From IMG/VR virus record IMGVR_UViG_3300046370_000202: 64,000 nucleotides of DNA. One strand, written 5' to 3'. Origin of the DNA: a virus. This document shows, piece after piece, positions 27,618-35,814 of this stretch. The first letter of the stretch is position 1; the number at the start of each line of letters is the position of its first letter. The notes beneath the pieces were generated by a model. The model searched no databases, had not been told where the DNA came from, and worked only from the letters and a program-made list of their open reading frames with translations. The position numbers and the translations under genes are program-made.

Positions 27618-28604
27618 TTAGTCCCTATAATCGTTTAAAGTAAAGTTTGTTCCGTGCATCTTCATCAAATCTCTCTCGTGATTGGTGTAGACCAATACTT
27701 CTGGATCATCAATGAGGAAGTCACAGTTTTTACAGAAGTCTGGATAGTCCCCTGTACGATGTTGTTCACGAAGTTTTTCGTACTCTTCACCAAAGAAGAT
27801 ATCTAAGATGTTATCTTCTGAACAGTGACCAAGTACGGCCTCTTCATCGCGACCTAGAACCTGACAACACGGGTGAACCGCACCCGTCTCGCCTTCTAGA
27901 CCACCGGCACGAATTACTACATCGGGCGAGAACGGACGACCACAAGTCTTTACTTGTCCCTGTCGTGCGTTGTCTCCGATATCCCATGCGCCAGACCAGT
28001 TGTGCATCTTCCAGATCTCTGTCTTGACGCCCAACTCATCGACCAGCGACTTGTACTTCTCTAGTTCTTGGTCGATGCTGTCGTTGTCTGTGATTAAGTG
28101 ATAGGTAGACACTACGCAATCTGCGCCTGTCTCATTTACATAGGAAACCATTTCCTGAATGTTGCGCTTGATCTGCGCGTAGTGCCCACCCACAGCATTG
28201 TACATCCACTTGGTGTAGTCTTGTTCGTCCGCACCAATGAATGAAAACCGATAGAAGTCCAGTCCCGCGTCTACACAGTCGCGCATGTACTGACCTTCCA
28301 TTTTAAATCCGTTAGAGAAAATGAACGCCTTTGCGCCATACTTCTTACATATCTTAATATACTCAGGCAAGTTCTTAGCCATCGTCGCCTCGCCTGACCC
28401 ATCTAAGTTGACTACGTTCAGGCCATACTGTGCGCAGTCAGCGACGTACTTCTCAAACTCATCCACTTTCATGATGCGCCGAAACCCTTTGTGGCGGCCG
28501 CCCTCACGTAGATCTTGTGGACACATAGAACACGAGTAGTTACATCCCCCCGCTACCTCAATCACGGCACGGTCAATTTGAAATGTTTCTCTAGTCATTT
28601 CCAT
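27618..28604 (-). CDS. Radical SAM protein with SPASM/twitch domain
   Basis: CNYSCSMC; GSGE; C-terminal CGRPF...VHPCC...CKNC. Confidence 0.9.
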   Translation of the reverse strand: MEMTRETFQIDRAVIEVAGGCNYSCSMCPQDLREGGRHKGFRRIMKVDEFEKYVADCAQYGLNVVNLDGSGEATMAKNLPEYIKICKKYGAKAFIFSNGFKMEGQYMRDCVDAGLDFYRFSFIGADEQDYTKWMYNAVGGHYAQIKRNIQEMVSYVNETGADCVVSTYHLITDNDSIDQELEKYKSLVDELGVKTEIWKMHNWSGAWDIGDNARQGQVKTCGRPFSPDVVIRAGGLEGETGAVHPCCQVLGRDEEAVLGHCSEDNILDIFFGEEYEKLREQHRTGDYPDFCKNCDFLIDDPEVLVYTNHERDLMKMHGTNFTLNDYRD

Positions 28605-29475
28605 AGTATTGATTCATCCTATTCTCATAGTCAACTGCTTTATTCTTTGCGTGACCTAATAGATCACCTGTATGTTCTAACCACCACCAAACGTTACGAT
28701 CGTCATAGTGCGTCTCAGGGTTCAACCTAAGCGCATTAGGTGTATGGTATTTAGTCACGCCTTCACCACTGATTACGGCGAGAGGTCTTGCAAAGTTCTT
28801 CGCGACATAGTGCCAAATCCCGTCGTAACAAATCACCATCCGTGCAGTAGAGATAAGGTGCATTGCTTCAGATGCTGGTGTACGATACGATAGTTCGTGT
28901 AACTCGAACCCCATCGCCTTGAAGTGTATAATCAACTGTTCCCAGTCTTCGTTATCGAACAACCGTTTCCATGTGCGAGGTTTCTCTGCGTTCCATGTCG
29001 GCCGCCAGAACACGATACGTTTGGGGGCGTACTCTTGAAACGCATCTTGCCGAAAGATCCAATCGTTGTTCGGCGCAGGGGATCCCCGATCGTCTTTGTA
29101 GTATCCTGATTGAAACCAGAACCTATTCTTGGGCCCGTGAGAGTTTATAGCTGCTATTCTACGTTCACCATTCGACTCCAAAACAACATCATCGTCAAAC
29201 TTCCAATCACGGTATCGGCCGTTCGCGTTAAAGATGTGATGTATCTCTACGCGATCTTGTTGGTGGTAGAAGTTGTGGATGTAGTCACATCGTTCGATGA
29301 TCGTCTCAGGATCTTCGAAGTGATGAAGATAGTCTGGTCCGTGTTCCCAATGAAGTTCTAGATTGATCTTTCGGACATTATGATCAGCCGCGTAACGATG
29401 GCAGGCATTGAGTGCCCACATAAAATCACCGACGCCTGGGGTACCGCGCCAGGTAACGAGCTCGGACGGTTTCAT
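28591..29475 (-). CDS. GT-B glycosyltransferase, GT9-like
   Basis: GVGDFMWAL at the N-terminus; LISTARMVICYDGIWHYVA at the C-terminus. Confidence 0.55.
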   Translation of the reverse strand: MKPSELVTWRGTPGVGDFMWALNACHRYAADHNVRKINLELHWEHGPDYLHHFEDPETIIERCDYIHNFYHQQDRVEIHHIFNANGRYRDWKFDDDVVLESNGERRIAAINSHGPKNRFWFQSGYYKDDRGSPAPNNDWIFRQDAFQEYAPKRIVFWRPTWNAEKPRTWKRLFDNEDWEQLIIHFKAMGFELHELSYRTPASEAMHLISTARMVICYDGIWHYVAKNFARPLAVISGEGVTKYHTPNALRLNPETHYDDRNVWWWLEHTGDLLGHAKNKAVDYENRMNQYYGND

Positions 29476-29810
29476 TAATTCGTCTTAATACTCTTGACTT
29501 TACGTGCTGAACCTGTAGACGTGTACAGACCAAACCATGCAGCCCCCGCACCGACTACGACAGAGATAAGACCTGCCTGTGACGCGTTAGGCTCTGGTAG
29601 AGACATAAACCACTGAGTTGTCTGTATGAGCAGGTACAGATAAGTACCAATGAATGCACGAGGGAATAATCTGTATGCATCAATTACGTCTGCGAATTGT
29701 AGTAGGGACTCGAATTTATTATATTCCGGCGCCTTCTGAGTTGTATCTAACTCAATCTCTACTTGCAGTTTCTTTTTCTCTACTACTGGTACTGCTGATT
29801 CTTCTGTCAT
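29475..29810 (-). CDS. Two-TM membrane protein
   Basis: DAYRLFPRAF...QAGLISVVVGAGAAWFGLY. Confidence 0.65.
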   Translation of the reverse strand: MTEESAVPVVEKKKLQVEIELDTTQKAPEYNKFESLLQFADVIDAYRLFPRAFIGTYLYLLIQTTQWFMSLPEPNASQAGLISVVVGAGAAWFGLYTSTGSARKVKSIKTN

Positions 29811-30080
29811 TTAGCTAAACCTTTTTTGTATCCATTTATATATGGCATATATTGAAAGACCATAAAACGCAAGTACACTCATCGGCAGACCGATGTAGAT
29901 CAACTCCCACGGGTGAAGAAACAACAACTCCCACGAAAGATCTACGATTGCCTGTACGTCACTTGTTCTAGAAACATCTGACATATCCATGGCAAGATCA
30001 TATTCTTCTACGATACCGTTCCATGTGTCGATGTCCATACAGACCAGATCGTCTGGACAGATAAATTCTTCTTCCATCAC
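29811..30080 (-). CDS. Membrane protein
   Basis: C-terminal TM segment. Confidence 0.55.
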   Translation of the reverse strand: MMEEEFICPDDLVCMDIDTWNGIVEEYDLAMDMSDVSRTSDVQAIVDLSWELLFLHPWELIYIGLPMSVLAFYGLSIYAIYKWIQKRFS

Positions 30081-30271
30081 TTAACCTTAAAATCTTTCGG
30101 GTCGCCGTTGATCAGTTCTTTTGCTTTTGTTTCCCAGACCCAAGGACACAGTCCATGTACAAACGAAACAAAAGAGATTGTCCAAGCCCTTCGTAGATGT
30201 TCAAAGTAACCCAGTTCAATCTCTTTCAGATGTTTCATTAGAAGACCTTTACGTCGTATTTTTGTTGCCAT
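30077..30271 (-). CDS. Small hypothetical protein (HLKE...YFEHLRRA...VHGLCP)
   Basis: ORF track; real start is probably MKHLKE. Confidence 0.55.
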   Translation of the reverse strand: MATKIRRKGLLMKHLKEIELGYFEHLRRAWTISFVSFVHGLCPWVWETKAKELINGDPKDFKVK

Positions 30272-31743
30272 AGTTCTGCATCGTGTTCGTCGTTGACCAT
30301 TGGTCGACCACGTATGTTTAAACTAGTATTTAGTAACATTGGCACGCCGGTACGATCATAATATTCTTCAATAACCTTACGGAACACCGATTCGCAATCC
30401 TTACGCACAATCTGTACTCGTGCAGTACCGTCCACGTGTGTGACGGGTGCATAGTCATGCTTTGCCCACGAAGTAAATTGCATGTGTTCGTTCATTGGGC
30501 CGTCGAAGTATTCTTCTGCATACTCTTCCAGAATGGCAGGGGCAAACGGACGATACTTCTGCCGCCGTTTGATTGTATTGACCGTGTCCTGTACGTCGAA
30601 TCTTACATCAGCGATAAGAGATCGGTTGCCAAGAGCTCTAGGGCCAAACTCAGCCCTTCCATTAGCAATGCCACAATACTTATGTTCAAGTAGATGGTCA
30701 ACGACAGCACTGGGATCAATAGGATTGGTAATATCATATCCCGCATATGGACTCCAAATAAGTTTATCTTTACCTGTTGCTTTTGCCCATGAACGTGCGG
30801 CAGTACCTAGACCTGAACCAGCGTCCGTTGGTGATACTGCAATGTGCACTTCGTCAAACAACTCAAACAAACGCGAGTTGATTACGACGTTCTGTGCGCA
30901 CCCCCCAGAGTAACACAACTTCTTACCATATTTAGACGCCTCGCGCATTATACTCATGATCGCGTAGTCCGCGAAATCTTGAACCGCACGTGCCGCAACT
31001 TTATCTTCTACCGAAAGAACGCGTCTCTGGTATTCTTTACGAAACTGCAGTCTATCTTGTTCACGTTTAGATTTTGGATCGCCGACTGCAACACCCATTG
31101 CAACTTCTGGTGCGATGTCTTCTAGGTTGTCGTACCAATCGATCAACCACTGCGTCAGTTCCATAGACTGTTCGTCAGTCTCATGATACGCAGACAGACC
31201 CATAACCACGTACTCATCTTCAAGTGGACGCAATCCCAAGAACTTAGTCACGAGTGTGTACACTAGACCGACTGACTTCGGGTAGTGCCACTCTTTGATT
31301 AAATTGAACTTGTGGTCCATGATGCAAGCCGTCTGCAATTCACCGACCCCATCGATAGAGACTAGGACAGTATCTTCAGATGAATCCCACGGCCGCGTAT
31401 AGAACGCAGAGGCGCAGTGTGACTCGTGATGTAGATGGTGCGCATCATACACAGACGCTTCTGGATATGGAAATTTTTCGAACGCTTCAGAAAATCTAAT
31501 ACTTCCTAGGTTTCTAGCTGTACCTTCTGCTCCGCCACGTATATCAAACTTGATACCGTGATCTTCATAGAAAGACACATGGTCATCATCATTTATCATA
31601 TCCCATAATACATCGGGTATGTTAGCGTCGTTTTTCTTTTTGGAGTATCGTTCTCCGTGCGTAGCAAATTCTACTGTACCATCTTCATTGATGATCGCTA
31701 AGCCTGCGTCGTGATAGAATTCGCTGTAACCTACGTATCTCAT
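30238..31743 (-). CDS. Carbamoyltransferase (NodU/CmcH/TobZ family)
   Basis: HDAG...ERYSKKKND...HHESHCASAFY...IDGVGE...EYVVMGLSAY...GGCAQNVVIN...DAGSGLG...EFGPRALGNRSL...RPFAP...HVDGTARVQ...LLNTSLN. Confidence 0.95.
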   Translation of the reverse strand: MRYVGYSEFYHDAGLAIINEDGTVEFATHGERYSKKKNDANIPDVLWDMINDDDHVSFYEDHGIKFDIRGGAEGTARNLGSIRFSEAFEKFPYPEASVYDAHHLHHESHCASAFYTRPWDSSEDTVLVSIDGVGELQTACIMDHKFNLIKEWHYPKSVGLVYTLVTKFLGLRPLEDEYVVMGLSAYHETDEQSMELTQWLIDWYDNLEDIAPEVAMGVAVGDPKSKREQDRLQFRKEYQRRVLSVEDKVAARAVQDFADYAIMSIMREASKYGKKLCYSGGCAQNVVINSRLFELFDEVHIAVSPTDAGSGLGTAARSWAKATGKDKLIWSPYAGYDITNPIDPSAVVDHLLEHKYCGIANGRAEFGPRALGNRSLIADVRFDVQDTVNTIKRRQKYRPFAPAILEEYAEEYFDGPMNEHMQFTSWAKHDYAPVTHVDGTARVQIVRKDCESVFRKVIEEYYDRTGVPMLLNTSLNIRGRPMVNDEHDAELWQQKYDVKVF

Positions 31744-31754
31744 TTTTCACCTAT

Positions 31755-31778
31755 AAAAAAGGGGGACCGAAGTCCCCC
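31755..31778 (-). terminator. Intrinsic terminator
   Basis: ggggga-cttcgg-tccccc followed by T6. Confidence 0.85.
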
Positions 31779-31798
31779 AACATGCTACCTTGAGCGGG

Positions 31799-32371
31799 TT
31801 ATTCTCCAATTACGTAGTTATATATGTCTTTCCAATTACGCATCAATGGGAACTCGCTGTCCTGATTGTACCCGTGCGACATAACTATAGACTCCAGACC
31901 TACCTTCGCACCAGCGACGGCATTCTCTACCTTGTCTTCTACCCACAGACATCCTGTGTCTCGGTAGAATTCTAGCTCTTCATCTTTGTCCGCGCCGGTA
32001 TCAAGATACACATACTTCTCGAATACTGTTGGGCCGAACAACTCTTGGAGATTCTTAGTGCGCAGGTGTTGTGCGTATTCGTCGTTACTCAGAGACGTGA
32101 TCGCGTGGAATACGTAACCGTGCTCTTCGTGTAACTTACGTACATACTTCATTGCGTCTCGTAGGGGAGGTACCTTACGGATTGTCGCACTCTCATTGAA
32201 CATACGACAGAGTCGTCGCTTCTCGTTGCGTTCCAGACCGTACATAACGCCAACGTCATATACATCTGGGTTCTTGATCATATAGTTATGACGTTTCATC
32301 CACTGTTGGAATGAGTACACCCAATCAAGTAGTACTCCGTCACAGTCTACCAATATAACCTTATCTCGCAT
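31799..32371 (-). CDS. HAD-family 5'(3')-deoxyribonucleotidase-like protein
   Basis: LVDCDGVLLDW...ITS...K...WVEDK. Confidence 0.8.
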   Translation of the reverse strand: MRDKVILVDCDGVLLDWVYSFQQWMKRHNYMIKNPDVYDVGVMYGLERNEKRRLCRMFNESATIRKVPPLRDAMKYVRKLHEEHGYVFHAITSLSNDEYAQHLRTKNLQELFGPTVFEKYVYLDTGADKDEELEFYRDTGCLWVEDKVENAVAGAKVGLESIVMSHGYNQDSEFPLMRNWKDIYNYVIGE

Positions 32372-32595
32372 TACGCCTCCGTTAGGAACTGAACAATTCC
32401 AGTTCCACCTTGTCGTACATCATTTAGAATCTCGTACACTTGGCTTGGGGTGTACCCATAGTCTTGCAAGGCAAGTTGAATGCCGCCCCAGTCGGCTGCC
32501 CCTGTTGGAGATTGATACACATAGTGACGAACTAAATCTTCTACTAATTGTTGACTCGCTCTCATACTACTACTCCTTTCACATTTCAAAAACAA
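32371..32595 (-). CDS. Hypothetical protein
   Basis: ORF track; probable start MRASQ after an AGGAG SD; promoter TTGACA-17-TATAAT at 32595-32623. Confidence 0.55.
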   Translation of the reverse strand: MFLKCERSSSMRASQQLVEDLVRHYVYQSPTGAADWGGIQLALQDYGYTPSQVYEILNDVRQGGTGIVQFLTEA

Positions 32596-32649
32596 TTATA
32601 ACGCAGATAAAAGTGTCTGTCAACACTTATTTTCAATAAATGTAAATAT

Positions 32650-33468
32650 TTACTGTGTCTTATATCGCTTGTCATTCCAGTGCTGCAACATGTCCAGCTT
32701 CCACTCGCCACCCGTGTAGTGACAGAACTTTGCCTTCTCAAAAAACTCTTCTTCGGATGCGTAGTGTGGTGAGTCGTTCCATGTTTGGTCTATAGTCTCG
32801 ACATCAAAGTCGTGTTTCATCAATTGAGATGAAATATAGGGTTGATCGTTCATGATGGACATGTGGAAATCGCCGGAGTAACACCAGTCTTCCCAGTTCA
32901 TAAACTCCTCACGCGCACGTAGGCGCGCCTCACGCGTCCAGAGAACGACCCCTGTATTCATAATCATTAGTTTAGAAGGTTTGTTAGGCGGCATTACAGG
33001 GACAATGGGACAGTCATGCATCTCGAACTTACGACAGAAATCTCTGTAGGTAGAATCTTTGTAATCCCACGAGTTGTACCCACCACCCGATGCAGTAACA
33101 AAGTCTGATTCTAGGACACCATAGACATCGGCACCAGACTCCATTACGTCAAATATGTTTTCTTCGGTATTGACCACGATGTCTGTATCTGCAAATAACA
33201 GATTGTCATAGTCATCAAAGATAGGATCTAGCCAGACACGAGCGCACTCGTGTAGTAGAGAAGTAGAACAACCGTGCCCTTTGGTAACGACACGTTCGTC
33301 TGAATAGAAGTGAGTTGCGCCTATTTTATCGGCATAGTCCTCAAAAGACTCTCGCGAGATTCGTGCGACTTCTTGGTAGAGATCAGAACGATTCCAATCT
33401 CCGATGCGGCCTCGTTTATCGACCGCCTCCGTAACAATCATATATTGAAAGATGGCGTTTCGGGACAT
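32650..33468 (-). CDS. GT-A glycosyltransferase (GT8/GT34-like)
   Basis: YDNLLFADTDIV...MNTGVVLW...NDQPYI...WN...FCHYTG. Confidence 0.75.
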   Translation of the reverse strand: MSRNAIFQYMIVTEAVDKRGRIGDWNRSDLYQEVARISRESFEDYADKIGATHFYSDERVVTKGHGCSTSLLHECARVWLDPIFDDYDNLLFADTDIVVNTEENIFDVMESGADVYGVLESDFVTASGGGYNSWDYKDSTYRDFCRKFEMHDCPIVPVMPPNKPSKLMIMNTGVVLWTREARLRAREEFMNWEDWCYSGDFHMSIMNDQPYISSQLMKHDFDVETIDQTWNDSPHYASEEEFFEKAKFCHYTGGEWKLDMLQHWNDKRYKTQ

Positions 33469-33904
33469 TTTCTAACCTCGTCATAAGTCGTTCAGCACGA
33501 TTGCTTACTTGACGGTACCATAATGAATCACGACCTTCAGCGGCCGCGGTTTCCCAGTCATCTCTATATAGAGCTGCCTGCATCTTCTTGAACTTGGACA
33601 ACCGTGGTCGCCCAAGGTTGAACATCATATTAACCAGTATCTGCTTGACTTCGTCTGGAAACTTATGCCACCCGTTTCCGTATAACACAGTGCATTCTGC
33701 GAGTGCGGTGTTAAGGTCGGATTCGAAAGCTTCGGCGACTCTTTCTTCGGATACTTTAGTTCCGATTGGGTATCCATGCTCGGGGTCACTCTCTGTGATG
33801 AGATGTCCAACACCGAACGTGGGATAGTTGAGATGGTCGAGGTAAATCTCATAGACAACTCCTTCGTCAATCTTTAGTTGTTCAAATACAGCATTACGAT
33901 TCAT
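33416..33904 (-). CDS. Phage lysozyme (T4 e-like)
   Basis: QLKIDEG...YLDHLNYPTFGVGHL...NMMFNLG...FKKM...DSLWYRQVSNRAERL. Confidence 0.9.
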   Translation of the reverse strand: MNRNAVFEQLKIDEGVVYEIYLDHLNYPTFGVGHLITESDPEHGYPIGTKVSEERVAEAFESDLNTALAECTVLYGNGWHKFPDEVKQILVNMMFNLGRPRLSKFKKMQAALYRDDWETAAAEGRDSLWYRQVSNRAERLMTRLENVPKRHLSIYDCYGGGR

Positions 33905-33921
33905 GTTGTATTATACTCCAA

Positions 33922-34113
33922 TTAAAGTTTGATTGCAAGCGTTACGAGAATTGCACATAGTAAAATATTAGTCATCAACAATTCTAATGCCAAAATAGTA
34001 TGGTACCAGATCCATCGAGTCTTGTAGGCATTATCTACAGAGATGTCTTCAGGATCTGGACCATTGTCTATCTTGCTTACTTTATTGAATCGTAACCAAG
34101 ATAAGAGTTTCAT
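33922..34113 (-). CDS. Small membrane protein
   Basis: NAYKTRWIWYHTILALEL followed by a TM segment. Confidence 0.6.
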   Translation of the reverse strand: MKLLSWLRFNKVSKIDNGPDPEDISVDNAYKTRWIWYHTILALELLMTNILLCAILVTLAIKL

Positions 34114-34115
34114 AT

Positions 34116-35759
34116 TTATGAACCGTCTGAGTCAGCAGGAGCTGGTCCGGCAGAAAGGGTTGCTAAATTATCAGCAAATTTATCCGACAATAACATACTT
34201 GTAGAATATCTTTGGAATATATTTCCGCCTGAGAATTGTTGGTACTGCATTGGTTCGTTGTATTCTTGAACAGCGCCATGAGAAATCATTTCTATCTTGT
34301 TCTCATCAAAATATCTATAAATCGTATACAACAGATTGTATGCATAACCAGTAGACATGCTGTTGCTTTGGACGTCGGTCCAACTGAACACGATAAAATG
34401 TTCTTCATCTAACCACATAGATTGTAAAGACTCATTAGGAGCCTTGTACGAATCAGTTCTGTGAGTATTCCAAGCATTAAGGTATTCCGTGCTTGTAAAT
34501 TGCTGTGGGGAACCCGAACTAATACCCTGAACTTGTTGTTCTCTTCCCCCAACAAACATCCATGTTTTGAATGTACGAGAATTTTCAACACCATTAAATG
34601 TAGAAATGTCCTTATCTACTTCGGCAGCATAATCGCTTACTGTCATAGTGTTTAGTGGTAACCAAACACCAAAATCTTCTCTACTGCCTGGTAAAGATTG
34701 GTCATCACATCTTCGGCCTGTTAGTCCCCAAGAACCATCAGACGGATTGTACGTAATGAAGTATTCATTATATGACATATTTGCGTTAAAGTTGGACCAA
34801 TAGTGACTACCCTGCGTACCGGTGGATTCTTGAACTGCACCAAAGTGCAATAACCCGTCTCTACCAGTGACAACGGACAACCACCTCATTGTATTTGCAT
34901 TGCCTTGGTCGCCCGAATAATCTGAAGCGTGCCCATGCATCACCGGCCAGTTATCATAACTACTTACTAAATCTACATCAACATCAGATGGTCGCATAAC
35001 TTGAAAGTTATTTTGATCTAATTCAGGCACAAAGGACCATGTGTCTCCATAACCACTATAATCCGCAGTTCGCCATGTAGACTGGGTTCTTATATGTGGA
35101 CCTCTATAATTTGAACACACAATTCTATTGGTCAAAGATTTTGTTACTGGGTCCCAAGATCGTTCAACCAAAGATCCCCCTCCCCAAGTCCAATCAGAAT
35201 TAGATTCATAAGTGAGAATTTTATTCTCTTCCAATTGATGCATAAATCGATGATGTATGCCATAACCTTGTTGATATGCACTACTGTTATAATTGTAAGC
35301 GCCACCCATCAAAAAATTAGGAATTTGTTGATCAAGGTCTGTTACGGATACCGTATTGCCATTAGACTCATCAATTTCTATAATAAAATGTACACTGCCC
35401 TTATTGTTGGCGCTTCTAACCGTAGACGTAAGAACCTTCATATAGACAGCTGAAGAACTTAATCTACACATTTCTATATTACTTGTACGTGTTGTATATA
35501 AATTCTGTAATTGAGAATTAATAGCTTCGGAATATAATACTGTTTTTTCAGTAGGGGACTGTAAATCGTCCACCTCTGAAACTTCGACGAACCAATAATT
35601 TTCGTCTTCTTGCATTCGGATGCTGAATATCTTGCGGTCGTTATTTCCGCCGATCCAACACCACCCGAACCCGTTGCTGTCGGCAACGTTGTTTCCAGAG
35701 GTGGAGCCGACATTACCGCTAGCATATGGAATGTTTACATCTATAATTGTTGTTGACAT
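34116..35759 (-). CDS. Hypothetical late (probably virion) protein, 547 aa
   Basis: Late promoter at about 35801; beta-rich, S/N/W-rich composition. Confidence 0.6.
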   Translation of the reverse strand: MSTTIIDVNIPYASGNVGSTSGNNVADSNGFGWCWIGGNNDRKIFSIRMQEDENYWFVEVSEVDDLQSPTEKTVLYSEAINSQLQNLYTTRTSNIEMCRLSSSAVYMKVLTSTVRSANNKGSVHFIIEIDESNGNTVSVTDLDQQIPNFLMGGAYNYNSSAYQQGYGIHHRFMHQLEENKILTYESNSDWTWGGGSLVERSWDPVTKSLTNRIVCSNYRGPHIRTQSTWRTADYSGYGDTWSFVPELDQNNFQVMRPSDVDVDLVSSYDNWPVMHGHASDYSGDQGNANTMRWLSVVTGRDGLLHFGAVQESTGTQGSHYWSNFNANMSYNEYFITYNPSDGSWGLTGRRCDDQSLPGSREDFGVWLPLNTMTVSDYAAEVDKDISTFNGVENSRTFKTWMFVGGREQQVQGISSGSPQQFTSTEYLNAWNTHRTDSYKAPNESLQSMWLDEEHFIVFSWTDVQSNSMSTGYAYNLLYTIYRYFDENKIEMISHGAVQEYNEPMQYQQFSGGNIFQRYSTSMLLSDKFADNLATLSAGPAPADSDGS

Positions 35760-35814
35760 TTTTAGATCTCTCCTAAAAATAAATTAAGTTAAGTTGGGAA
35801 TATTTATAAAACTT

